DNA of 59,473 nucleotides from an uncultured Enterobacteriaceae bacterium (GCA_964509455.1 CAZDXS010000157.1:1-59473), one strand, 5' to 3'. Counted from the stretch's first letter, positions 10,063-19,451 are shown. The notes: generated by a model from the letters alone, not told the origin. A program made the numbers and translations.

Positions 10063-11312
10063 ACATCGACCAACAGGAAGTGGAGCGCCAACTGTGCTTG
10101 GGCGAGGACAGCCGCTGGGAATTCAAGCAAGTGGAGTTTCGCGGCGACAAGCCCGTCAGCCCGTCGCGGGATGATTTGGCCGACGAAATCGCGGCCCTCG
10201 CCAACACGGACGGCGGCGCGGTATTGTGCGGCGTAACGGATGCCGGCGCGGCCCAGGGGCTGTCCAGGGAGCAAATGGATGCTCTGGACGTGCTGGTGGT
10301 GGATGTATGCTCCGATGCCATCCATCCCCCCATAATCCCCGACACACGCCGCTTGGAAGTTGCCGGCGGCAAGCCGTTGCTGTTGGTGCGCGTTTCAGCG
10401 GGTGACGCCGTGCATGAAAGCCCCGGCGGCGACTTTCAGCGAGAGGGCAACTCCCTGCGGCGAATGACCGACGAACAGCGCCTGCGCCTGGCGCAACGGC
10501 GCGGGCAAGCGCGCTTCCTGTGGTTCGATAAGCAACCCGTGCCAGGCACCGGCTTCAACACCTTGGAAGAGAGCCTGTGGAAACCGTTGTTGAGCGCCGC
10601 CGGCGCCGCCGACCCCAGGGCGGCGCTGAAGAGGATGGGCCTGTTGATAAATGATGACAAGCAGAGGTTGCGGGCGTCGGCGGCGGGCATACTGCTGTGT
10701 TGCTCCGCGCCTGATGAGTGGTTTCCCAACGCCTGCATCACGGCTGTTTGCTATCGCGGCGAGGACCGGGCATCAGGACAGGCGGACGCGCAAACCATCA
10801 GCGGCCCGCTTCCCCGCCAAATCAAGGAAGCCGTTGCTTTCGCGGTACGCAACATGCGCGTGCCCGCTCTCAAGGCGCCGACCCGGGAGGAGCGGCCCCA
10901 GTACAGCGAACAAGCGTTGTTCGAGGCGGTGGTCAATGCCGTCGTCCACCGCGATTACGCCATCAAGGGCAGCCGGATTCGCTTGTCCATGTTTGCCGAC
11001 CGGCTGGAGCTTCAATCGCCCGGCCAGTTGCCCAACGGCATGACCGTGGACAGCCTGGGAGACCGGCAATCGGTACGCAACGAGGTGTTGGTTGCGATTC
11101 TCGGCAGGGCGCCGGTGAACGGCATTCGCGGCGGCGGCGACCGGTTGTATCTCATGGAGCGGCGCGGGGACGGCATACCCATTATTCGGCGCGAGACCCG
11201 GGCGCTCAGCGGCAAACCGGCGCAGTTCAAAATGGTGGACGGAGTGGACTTGCGCCTCACCCTGCCCGCGGCCCCGCCGCAGGCGCCGACCCCCGTCCGT
11301 CCAATGCGCTGA
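10059..11312 (+). CDS. AlbA_2 (Schlafen-like) domain + RecG-C/HATPase_c_4 domain protein
   Basis: [19 protein letters not shown] at N-terminus; [26 protein letters not shown]-terminally; GTGA overlap with hsdM stop. Confidence 0.85.
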   Translation: MNIDQQEVERQLCLGEDSRWEFKQVEFRGDKPVSPSRDDLADEIAALANTDGGAVLCGVTDAGAAQGLSREQMDALDVLVVDVCSDAIHPPIIPDTRRLEVAGGKPLLLVRVSAGDAVHESPGGDFQREGNSLRRMTDEQRLRLAQRRGQARFLWFDKQPVPGTGFNTLEESLWKPLLSAAGAADPRAALKRMGLLINDDKQRLRASAAGILLCCSAPDEWFPNACITAVCYRGEDRASGQADAQTISGPLPRQIKEAVAFAVRNMRVPALKAPTREERPQYSEQALFEAVVNAVVHRDYAIKGSRIRLSMFADRLELQSPGQLPNGMTVDSLGDRQSVRNEVLVAILGRAPVNGIRGGGDRLYLMERRGDGIPIIRRETRALSGKPAQFKMVDGVDLRLTLPAAPPQAPTPVRPMR

Positions 11313-11352
11313 GGCGCATCTCGGTAAGTTGCCGCGCTGGGACCGGGTAACG

Positions 11353-11886
11353 TGGTAAGGAAACCGCTGTTTTGTTACCATGTTCACGGCGATATGGTAA
11401 GGAAGTCGCCGTTTCGTTACCATGTCTTTGGCGATATGGTAAGGAAGTCGCCGTTTCGTTACCATGTCCTGGGCAATGTGGTAAGGAAAGTGCCGTTTTG
11501 TTACCATGTCCTCGGCGATGTGGTAAGCAAAGCACCGTTTTGTTACCATGTGCCTGGCGATATGGTAAAATAACCACCGTTTCGTTACCATGTTTCTGGC
11601 GATATGGTAAGATAACCGCCGTTTCGTTACCATGTCCACGGCAATATGGTAAGCAAACTGCCGTTTCCTTACCATGTCCTGGGCGATGTGGTAATAAAAC
11701 CGCCGTTTCGTTACCATGTTTCTGGCGATATGGTAAAGAAATCGCCGTTTCGTTACCATGTCCTCGGCGATGTGGTAAGGAAAGCGCCGTTTCGTTACCA
11801 TGCCCGCGGCAATATGGTAAGCAAAGCACCGTTTTGTTACCATGTCCTCGGAAATTTGGTAGGATAACCACAACTTTTTTATCATG
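11353..11886. repeat. Strict 42-bp tandem array (12 full units + degenerate 13th) with internal dyad symmetry TGGTAA-N16-TTACCA-N14
   Basis: TGGTAA every 42 bp from 11353 to 11815, TGGTAG at 11857; TTACCATG in all 12 full units; no indels. Confidence 0.97.
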
Positions 11887-12993
11887 TCAAAGTCAAGCGA
11901 TACCCTGACCAACCTGCCGCCAGCCGTTGACCTGGAGACGGCCCCGGTGCTGAAAGCGCTGACGACTGCCCACCGGGCGCTCGCGGAGTTGAAAGGGCGT
12001 GCCGCTACCATTCCCAACCAGAGCATTCTGGTCAATACTCTCACCCTGCAAGAGGCGAAAGCATCATCTGCAATAGAGAACATCGTTACCACCCAGGACG
12101 AACTCTTTCAGGCGGAGCTGTCTCCTGAAAATACGCAATCTGCAGCAACTAAGGAAGTAGCTCGTTACCGTGAAGCATTGAAATTGGGCTTCAAACGCCT
12201 GGAAGATTCCCAAGGCATCATCTCTAACAACACGCTGATCAAGATGTTTCAACTGTTGAAAGAAAGGAGTGGTGGCTTTCGGGAGACGCCTGGCACCGTG
12301 CTAAAAGACGGCCGCACCGGGAGAACTATCTATACGCCGCCGCAGGATGCTAACGAGATCGTGGCGTTGATGACGGACCTGGAACGCTTTGTCAACGAGG
12401 ACGATGCCTGCCCCTTGGATCCACTGACCAAGATGGCGCTCATTCACCACCAGTTCGAGAGCATCCACCCTTTCCCCGACGGCAACGGCAGGGTCGGGCG
12501 CATCCTGAATGTCCTCTACTTGGTCCGTGTCGGCTTGCTGGAATCTCCGATACTTTATCTCAGCCGCTACATTATTCGAACCAAAAATGATTATTACCAC
12601 TTGCTCCAAGCAGTGCGCGGCAACGGCGATGAGGCCGATGCGTGGAGGAAATTGGTGCTGTATATGCTGGAGGGAGTCGCGGAGACGGCGTGCGCCACGC
12701 TGGAGCTGGTGGAGGGCATGCGGGAGCAGACGGCCGCCGCCAAGCATCGCATGCGAACGGAGTTCCCCAGGATGTACTCCCAGGATTTGCTGAACAACCT
12801 GTTTCGGCACCCCTACACGCGCATCGAGTTCGTAGCGGAGGAACTGGACGTCACGCGGCACACGGCCGCCAAGTACCTGGACGCCCTGGCGGGGGCGGGC
12901 TTCGTGCGCAAGCATCGAGTGGGGCGCAACAACTACTATATTAATGAGCGGCTCGTGCAACTGTTCCTGGACGCCGCCGGCGAGTCCCAGTGA
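11884..12993 (+). CDS. Fic family protein (SoFic-like; N-terminal inhibitory helix, C-terminal HTH)
   Basis: HPFPDGNGRVGR Fic motif; SSAIEN inhibitory motif; C-terminal VTRHTAAKYLDAL...G HTH-like segment. Confidence 0.93.
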   Translation: MSKSSDTLTNLPPAVDLETAPVLKALTTAHRALAELKGRAATIPNQSILVNTLTLQEAKASSAIENIVTTQDELFQAELSPENTQSAATKEVARYREALKLGFKRLEDSQGIISNNTLIKMFQLLKERSGGFRETPGTVLKDGRTGRTIYTPPQDANEIVALMTDLERFVNEDDACPLDPLTKMALIHHQFESIHPFPDGNGRVGRILNVLYLVRVGLLESPILYLSRYIIRTKNDYYHLLQAVRGNGDEADAWRKLVLYMLEGVAETACATLELVEGMREQTAAAKHRMRTEFPRMYSQDLLNNLFRHPYTRIEFVAEELDVTRHTAAKYLDALAGAGFVRKHRVGRNNYYINERLVQLFLDAAGESQ

Positions 12994-13052
12994 GCGACGG
13001 GGAAGCATCGGTCGTCAACCCAGGCCGGCGCTGTACAGACCTGCCCTGGAGA

Positions 13053-13061
13053 TGGTATACT
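13053..13061 (+). promoter_or_regulatory. Putative extended -10 promoter for the membrane protein-TIR pair
   Basis: TG-G-TATACT about 26 nt before ATG 13087. Confidence 0.45.
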
Positions 13062-13086
13062 CGACTCAAATTTGGAAACCTTGACG

Positions 13087-13473
13087 ATGGAAGCGAAACT
13101 CAAACATCTTGAATTCATTCAGGGCGTGATTAACCGCCTTGCCGCCGCCTCGTTCAGCGTAAAACGATGGGCCGTGCTCTTGGTGTCGGCGCTCATCTTT
13201 TTGCTGGCGAGAGAGGGGACGTTCGAGTTTGCCTGGGCGGGCTTTGCGTCAGTGGCGATATTCTGGGGGCTTGACGGCTACTTCCTGTGGCAAGAGCGGC
13301 TGTTCCGCGCCCTTTACGACCACGTTCGCAACCTGGACGACCGGGAGATCGACTTCTCCATGGACGCCCGCGCTTTCAAGCGCAGTTGGCTTGGCGCGGT
13401 ATTCTCCCGGACATTGGTCCCGTTTTATCTCGTGCTGGCCGCGCTGGTCGGCGCGGTGGCGTTCATTAACTAA
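13087..13473 (+). CDS. Small multi-pass membrane protein (putative TIR-associated effector)
   Basis: HLEFIQGVINRLAAASFSVKRW, three hydrophobic segments, LDGYFLWQERLFRALYD; directly upstream of the TIR gene. Confidence 0.75.
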   Translation: MEAKLKHLEFIQGVINRLAAASFSVKRWAVLLVSALIFLLAREGTFEFAWAGFASVAIFWGLDGYFLWQERLFRALYDHVRNLDDREIDFSMDARAFKRSWLGAVFSRTLVPFYLVLAALVGAVAFIN

Positions 13474-13494
13474 CCGGACCGAGAGGTGGCAAAA

Positions 13495-13938
13495 ATGGTG
13501 CGACAAGTATTTTTCAGTTTCGAGTACAAGCACGACGTATTACGGGCCAATGTTGTCCGTAAGAGTGGGCTAACTCAGGACCGTGATGATGCTGGATTTG
13601 TGGATGCTGCCGAATTCGAGAAAATTGAGAAAAGAGGTAAAGAAGCCATCAAGAAGTGGATTAGAGAGCAACTTTACGGAACGTCTGTTACTGTCGTGCT
13701 GGTTGGTTCTCATACTTGCGATAGTTACTACGTCGATTATGAGATCGAACAGAGCAAAGCACGAGGCAACGGTCTATTGGGGATTGATATCAGCGAGATA
13801 AAGGATCCAAAGAAAGGGAGGAGCCGGTGTTGCGGTATCATCCCGGCAGGTTATCCATTCTACAGTTGGTTTGGAGACGACGGTTACAAAAATATGGGCG
13901 ATTGGATTGAGAAAGCCGCCAAGGATGCCGGGCGCTGA
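13495..13938 (+). CDS. TIR-like domain protein (ThsB/DUF1863 type)
   Basis: VFFSF, GTSVTVVLVG, YVDYEI (catalytic Glu), RGNGLLGI; GAGGTG Shine-Dalgarno before ATG 13495. Confidence 0.88.
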   Translation: MVRQVFFSFEYKHDVLRANVVRKSGLTQDRDDAGFVDAAEFEKIEKRGKEAIKKWIREQLYGTSVTVVLVGSHTCDSYYVDYEIEQSKARGNGLLGIDISEIKDPKKGRSRCCGIIPAGYPFYSWFGDDGYKNMGDWIEKAAKDAGR

Positions 13939-14084
13939 TCATTGGTAGTTCTCATGGGCATGAACGAAGCGTCCCTGCTGGTGGATTTGCGGCCCGACCG
14001 CTCGGCGCTCGTGCGAGGCACCGCTCGCCGTCCCGAGTTTTTGTCTGTGCAGATAAAATACCCGGCACGAATACCGGAGAACCC

Positions 14085-15296
14085 ATGAACTGGGTAGATA
14101 CAACGGTTGGTAACTTCTGTCCATTCAAGTATGGGAAAACCCTGCGCGCCAAGGACAGAAAAGGAGGTGGCGTTCCCGTCTATGGATCAAACGGGATCGT
14201 CGGCTACCACAACGAGGCCTGTGTGGAGGGTGGCGGTGTGATTATTGGTCGAAAGGGTAGCGTTGGATGTGTACATTATTCCGACAACTCCTTTTGGCCA
14301 ATTGACACGACATTTTACGTTTCTAGCGAAGTTAAATCGGAAAATCTATTTTGTAGTTACCTGCTTTCTACCTTGGGACTACAAAATATGAACTCCGATA
14401 CGGCGGTTCCCGGGCTGAATAGAAATTATGTCCATAGCCTGCCAATTCGGATACCCCGGACTCAGAAAGAGAGAGCAAATTTGATTAATCCTCTGCGTGC
14501 CATCGACGACAAAATCGAGTTGAACCGGCGGACGAACGAGACGCTGGAGGCGGTGGCGCGAACGATCTTCAAGGACTGGTTCGTCGATTTCGGCCCCACC
14601 CGCGCCAAGATGGAAGGCCGCGACCCCTACCTTCCCCAGCACCTCGTTGATATCTTTCCAACCCGCCTCGTGAACTCCGAACTCGGCCAAATTCCGGAGG
14701 GGTGGGCGACTGGCACGGTCGCCGATCTCGCTGATCGAATTATCGACAAGGTTGATCATTTTGCTGAATGGCAAGCAGAGCCTCTTATCGATCTCAGCCG
14801 CATGCCACAGCGAGAAATCGCTTTGATGGATTGGGGCCTTGGTGGAGAGTTGACGACCTCGATCACAAGATTTCAGTTGCGAGACACGCTGTTTGGGGCC
14901 ATACGGCCATATTTCCACAAGGTTGGGGTTGCTCCTGTAAATGGCGTAACGAATGTATCAGTGTTTGTCGTTAGGGCAAAAGTGAATGCTGACTGGCCTT
15001 TTATCGCGCTCTTCTGCTCAATGAGCGATACGGTTTCCTGGGCAACGCGTGTCGCGAAGGGGACGAAGATGCCAGTCGTGAGTTGGCCGGATTTCGCTGA
15101 TGCGTCGCTCGTAGTCCCGACATCGCCCCTGCGTATGCGTTTCAATCAGATGGTAGGGCCTCTCCTTGATCGTATCATTGCGAACGCAATCGAATCCAAT
15201 GCACTAGCGGCAACACGCGACGCGTTGTTTCCCAAGCTTATCTCCGGCGAAATCCGAGTGGAGGACGTGGGTGGAGATGTCGGGGAAGCAGTATGA
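14085..15296 (+). CDS. hsdS: Type I R-M specificity subunit
   Basis: Two TRD-like halves; conserved IDDKIELNRRTNETLEAVARTIFKDWFVDF, IPEGW, LAATRDALFPKLISGE. Confidence 0.93.
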   Translation: MNWVDTTVGNFCPFKYGKTLRAKDRKGGGVPVYGSNGIVGYHNEACVEGGGVIIGRKGSVGCVHYSDNSFWPIDTTFYVSSEVKSENLFCSYLLSTLGLQNMNSDTAVPGLNRNYVHSLPIRIPRTQKERANLINPLRAIDDKIELNRRTNETLEAVARTIFKDWFVDFGPTRAKMEGRDPYLPQHLVDIFPTRLVNSELGQIPEGWATGTVADLADRIIDKVDHFAEWQAEPLIDLSRMPQREIALMDWGLGGELTTSITRFQLRDTLFGAIRPYFHKVGVAPVNGVTNVSVFVVRAKVNADWPFIALFCSMSDTVSWATRVAKGTKMPVVSWPDFADASLVVPTSPLRMRFNQMVGPLLDRIIANAIESNALAATRDALFPKLISGEIRVEDVGGDVGEAV

Positions 15297-16357
15297 AAAA
15301 AGCAGTTCGTCAATTTCGTGAAAAGGCGATCAATGCCCTGATACTCTCCATTGATCACTTCAATCGCCCTTGGGACCAAGGTAGAACCGAAGCCGTGCTT
15401 ATTATGTTCGATCATTCGTTTGAAATGCTTCTCAAGGCTGCGATCTTGCATCGACGAGGCAAGATACGAAAGCCGCGTGAAAGGCAAACAATCGGATTCG
15501 GCGATTGCGTCCGGAAAGGGCGAACTGATGTAAATCTGAAAATTCTGAATGACGAGCAGGCGCTCACACTCCAGGCAATCCACGAACAGCGCAATGCTAC
15601 CTATCACCACCTTATCGATATTTCCGAACATCATTTGTACTTCTATGCTCAGTCTGGGATTACTCTATTCCGAGACATCCATGATGATGTTTTTGAAGAA
15701 AAATTGATAATTCATTTACCCGAAAGAGTCCTCCCAATTTCCACAACTGCACCGAAAGATTTGTCCGCACTATTCGATAATGAAGTCAACGAAGTCAAAA
15801 AACTTCTGTCTCCCGGTACTCGTACAAAAATGGAGGCCATGGCAAAGGTTAGAAGCCTGTCAACGCTTGAAAACGCAGTGAATGGAAACTACGGGCAACC
15901 AGGCGATAGAGAACTTGAAAAGATATGCAAGCGCATCTCCGGCGGAGAAGCATGGAAATCCGTTTTCCCTGGCGTGGCGCTTATCAATATCTCTTCTGCA
16001 CCTGAGGGGGCGACTATCAATTTTCGTCTTACCAGAAATGCAGGGGTTCCGATCCATCTCCTGAAAGAAGAAAGGATGGGGGCTGTCGTTGCGCTACGCC
16101 GAGTGAACGAGACTGATTTTTATAATCTGGGTGCGAAGCAATTGGCTAAGAAAGTTGGGATCACGGTGCCGAAGTTAGTCGCCATCGTAGATTATCGGGG
16201 GATCCGGACGGACGAGGATTACTACAAGGAAATCCGGATCGGTAGTACGGTGCACAAGCGATATTCGCAACATGCTATTCGTAAAATTCAGAATGCTCTG
16301 GTTACCGAATCCATCGAAGAGATATGGGTAGCTTGTCAGAAAAAACGCAAGAAATAA
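15293..16357 (+). CDS. DUF3644-like HEPN-type protein
   Basis: HSFEMLLKA and RNATYH (Rx4H); ATGA overlap with hsdS stop. Confidence 0.65.
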   Translation: MKKAVRQFREKAINALILSIDHFNRPWDQGRTEAVLIMFDHSFEMLLKAAILHRRGKIRKPRERQTIGFGDCVRKGRTDVNLKILNDEQALTLQAIHEQRNATYHHLIDISEHHLYFYAQSGITLFRDIHDDVFEEKLIIHLPERVLPISTTAPKDLSALFDNEVNEVKKLLSPGTRTKMEAMAKVRSLSTLENAVNGNYGQPGDRELEKICKRISGGEAWKSVFPGVALINISSAPEGATINFRLTRNAGVPIHLLKEERMGAVVALRRVNETDFYNLGAKQLAKKVGITVPKLVAIVDYRGIRTDEDYYKEIRIGSTVHKRYSQHAIRKIQNALVTESIEEIWVACQKKRKK

Positions 16358-16358
16358 G

Positions 16359-17078
16359 ATGGCTCGATTCACCCAAAATGATGAGGATAGCGTAGTTATG
16401 GTGGGGGAAATATTCCAAGGCAATTGCCCTTATTGTGGCACTCGACAGGTGGCATTTGAGATTCTGCGTTTTACTCCTGACGATCTTAGGGGTTTAACTA
16501 TGACGATAGGTGGGATGAATTTTCCCGTACCAATGGATGTAGATATATTTGCAAAATGCGCACAATGTGACCGTGGAGTTGCAGGGGAAGCACGGATTAC
16601 GCTCGATAGAGGCGCATCGGGTATCGAGATTCTCGAGCCCAAGGTCTTTTCTCGACCCGACATTCCAACATTGAGGCATATTCCCCCAGATGTGAGGGAT
16701 ATTTTTAGAGAAGGCCAGGAGAGTATGTGGGACAAACGCTACATGGCAGCTGGGGCGATGTTTCGCAAAGCATTGGAAGCAGGAATGAAAATCAAGTTTC
16801 CTGAACTCCGAGGGTCTTTGCAGAGGTGTATTGATCAGGCGAAGAAAGACAGTCTTCTAACGGCAGAGATGGCGGAATGGGCTCACCAAATACGCTCTCT
16901 TGGCAACGAAGCTGCGCATGAGGAACGCTTCTTGGAAGACGATGCCAAAGAGTTGCACACATTTACCCTCTTGGTACTGCTCTACCTATTTACGTTGCCG
17001 GAGATGATGAAAAACGCCCGTGAAAAGAACAAGCTTGATTCCGAAAATGCCGAGACTACGACTCGTGCTGAAGAGTAA
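16359..17078 (+). CDS. DUF4145 (HEPN) domain protein with N-terminal Zn-ribbon-like Cys pairs
   Basis: CPYC/CAQC; AAGAMFRKALE; IRSLGNEAAHE. Confidence 0.8.
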   Translation: MARFTQNDEDSVVMVGEIFQGNCPYCGTRQVAFEILRFTPDDLRGLTMTIGGMNFPVPMDVDIFAKCAQCDRGVAGEARITLDRGASGIEILEPKVFSRPDIPTLRHIPPDVRDIFREGQESMWDKRYMAAGAMFRKALEAGMKIKFPELRGSLQRCIDQAKKDSLLTAEMAEWAHQIRSLGNEAAHEERFLEDDAKELHTFTLLVLLYLFTLPEMMKNAREKNKLDSENAETTTRAEE

Positions 17079-17092
17079 GGATTGGTACTGAC

Positions 17093-17341
17093 ATGACTGC
17101 CCCTGTTTCTGATGCAAGGATGAACTACCCCGCCATCAACTATTCGGAATTTTCTGAATTCGCAGGAGCGCGTCCGCCAAGCGCCTGGATGTCCTATCTG
17201 GCGCGAGTCCAATGGGCGGTAAGCCCAGGTGAAAGCTACCATATATTGTGGAATAGCCAGGATCCAATACAGGGACTTGATCTGACATACCGTATCTGGT
17301 ACCATTCGTTGGTAGTGAATTGTCGTACATTAACTGGTTAG
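17093..17341 (+). CDS. Small hypothetical protein (82 aa)
   Basis: Fills the gap between DUF4145 and patatin on the same strand with short spacing; no motif recognised. Confidence 0.35.
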   Translation: MTAPVSDARMNYPAINYSEFSEFAGARPPSAWMSYLARVQWAVSPGESYHILWNSQDPIQGLDLTYRIWYHSLVVNCRTLTG

Positions 17342-17359
17342 CCCGGGAGGTTGCCCGCG

Positions 17360-18286
17360 ATGGAACGGGTTTGTCGCATTCTCAGCCTGGACGGCGGGGG
17401 GTCGAAAGGTTTCTACACGCTCGGCGTACTCCGGGAGGTAGAAGCCATGTTGCCGCGCCCCATCAACGAGACGTTTGATCTCATTTTTGGAACCAGCACC
17501 GGTTCGATCATCGCGGCGTGCCTGTCGCTCGGCCGCTCCGTGGACGAGATTCATCAAGCGTACCGCAAGTATGTCCCCCGCATCATGGGGGTGGCATGTC
17601 CCGGCGCCAGGACCGCGGCGTTGCGGGCGGCGGGGGAGGATATTTTCGGCGATGCGGGTTTTGACCAAGTGAAAGTCCGCCTCGGGATTGTCGCTACCCG
17701 GTGGCAACGTGAAACCCCGATGATCTTCAAGAGCAGTGAGAGCCAAGCCCATGGGCGCCGGGCAACTTTTGAACCCGGCTTTGGTTGCTCCATTGCTGAT
17801 GCGGTGGAGGCTTCCTGCGCGGCGTATCCCTTCTTCAAGCGGAAAACGGTTGCCACGTCCGGGGGCGAGAAAGTTGAACTCTTCGATGGCGGGTATTGCG
17901 CGAACAACCCGACTCTGTACGCCCTCGCCGAAGCGACCACCGTGCTTGGGCATGCGCCGGAAAATTGTCATGTTCTGAGTATTGGCTGTGGTCAATACGC
18001 GCCGCCGCGGCGCAGTTTCATTCGGCGGTTATGTAAGGCAATCATTTTTCCAGCACTTGTGGAGAAAGTCGCTAACGTAAATTCGACATCGATGGACCAG
18101 TTGCGGCAACTTCTGTTTTCGGCGGTGCCGACGGTACGAATCAGCAATACTTGCGAAAAGCCGGAATTGGCGACCGACATGTTCGAAGACGACCTGGAAA
18201 AGTTGAACCTCCTTTGGCAACAAGGCAGGCACTCGTTCGCCGCCCGGGAGAAACAAATCCGAGAACTGCTCCTGGAGGAGGAATAA
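17360..18286 (+). CDS. Patatin-like phospholipase, CBASS effector (CapE/CapV-like)
   Basis: LSLDGGGSKG, GTSTG, DGG; GGAGG before ATG 17360; 2 nt upstream of the CD-NTase. Confidence 0.9.
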   Translation: MERVCRILSLDGGGSKGFYTLGVLREVEAMLPRPINETFDLIFGTSTGSIIAACLSLGRSVDEIHQAYRKYVPRIMGVACPGARTAALRAAGEDIFGDAGFDQVKVRLGIVATRWQRETPMIFKSSESQAHGRRATFEPGFGCSIADAVEASCAAYPFFKRKTVATSGGEKVELFDGGYCANNPTLYALAEATTVLGHAPENCHVLSIGCGQYAPPRRSFIRRLCKAIIFPALVEKVANVNSTSMDQLRQLLFSAVPTVRISNTCEKPELATDMFEDDLEKLNLLWQQGRHSFAAREKQIRELLLEEE

Positions 18287-18288
18287 TC

Positions 18289-19182
18289 ATGGCAATTTCT
18301 GAACAACAGCTGGAAACCTGGTCCCACCAAGGGTCAGTGGCGCAGTCCAGCAACACCTACAATTCAATCAAGGCGGTTCTCGAAGCTGGAGAGGCGCCTT
18401 ATGCCCACAGGCACTTCGAGGTTTACCTGCAGGGTTCATACGGCAACCACACCAACGTGTATGCTGAGAGCGACATAGACATTGTTATTTGTCTTATGGG
18501 CGTTTGGTACCGTGATATATCGAATCTGTCTCCGGAAGAACAGGCCGTATACAATGCTGACCACTGGCCGGCGCAGTATGGGTTTCATCATTTCAAAAAT
18601 GACGTTTTGATCTGGCTCAGAGAAAATTTCGGGGCCGGTGTTTGCCAGGGGAAGAAAGCGATTTTCATTCCCGGAAACGGTGGCCGGCGGGAGGCGGATG
18701 TGCTTGCCTGCGTTGAACACCGTAGATACGTCTCGTACCGTCCCAATGGAATTCAATACTACACCGGGATTTGCTTCTGGGCTACTGACGGCCGAGTGTT
18801 TATCAACTTTCCCAAACAGCACAAGGAAAACTGTAAGGGCAAACACCAGAACACGCAGGAGCAATTCAAGCCGAGTGTTCGCATCTTGAAGAACATGCGC
18901 AAAGCCATGGCAGATGAGGGCTATCTGCCGGATGGCGTCGCGCCCTCCTACTTTCTCGAGGGGATGTTGTACAATGTTCCTGATCAATATTTCGGCGTAC
19001 AGTACCAGCCGACCATTGAGAATTGCCTGCGGTGGTTGGAGCAGTGTGATTCGGAAAAACTGGTCTGCGCGAATTGTTTGCACTGGCTGATTAGAGACAG
19101 CCAAGTTGAATGTTGGAACTTGGGGGACTTTCAACTTTTTCTGGACTCCGCCCGTAGATACTGGGATAATGGCGGCCGCTAA
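18289..19182 (+). CDS. cdnE: cGAS/DncV-like nucleotidyltransferase, CdnE type
   Basis: QLETWSHQG, YLQGSYGNHTNVYAESDIDIV, ADVLAC, INFPKQH, FKPSVRILKN, PSYFLEGMLYNVP. Confidence 0.9.
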   Translation: MAISEQQLETWSHQGSVAQSSNTYNSIKAVLEAGEAPYAHRHFEVYLQGSYGNHTNVYAESDIDIVICLMGVWYRDISNLSPEEQAVYNADHWPAQYGFHHFKNDVLIWLRENFGAGVCQGKKAIFIPGNGGRREADVLACVEHRRYVSYRPNGIQYYTGICFWATDGRVFINFPKQHKENCKGKHQNTQEQFKPSVRILKNMRKAMADEGYLPDGVAPSYFLEGMLYNVPDQYFGVQYQPTIENCLRWLEQCDSEKLVCANCLHWLIRDSQVECWNLGDFQLFLDSARRYWDNGGR

Positions 19183-19232
19183 CAGTGCGGCCGCTTGTGA
19201 ACCGCGTCCGCCGCCATGCTGGGTAACCGACT

Positions 19233-19451
19233 ATGAAATCTGCCACGACCAAGAAGAGACAGCGCCTCAGTCAGGAGGAAATTGAGCAGACCTTTCGCGA
19301 TCTGGGTCTCGATGACCCGGAGGTGCGCCGCCGCTTCCAGCAACTCTCAGAATTTGAGGGCTGGTCCAGCGGCTGGAAAAGGCGGGAATATTACGACCGC
19401 TTCGCCATCAACAGAAGAAATTTCGTGGGGAGAAATCCAGGAGACAAGTAA
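19233..19451 (+). CDS. Small hypothetical protein (72 aa) coupled to the S49 peptidase
   Basis: TAATG stop/start overlap with the next gene. Confidence 0.55.
   Translation: MKSATTKKRQRLSQEEIEQTFRDLGLDDPEVRRRFQQLSEFEGWSSGWKRREYYDRFAINRRNFVGRNPGDK

Noticed and set aside
11353-11886. CRISPR array
   Set aside because: No unique spacers; the variable positions are point variants of one 42-bp unit, and no cas genes are in the window
13087-13938. Canonical type I or II Thoeris
   Set aside because: No SIR2-SLOG or Macro-domain ThsA in the window
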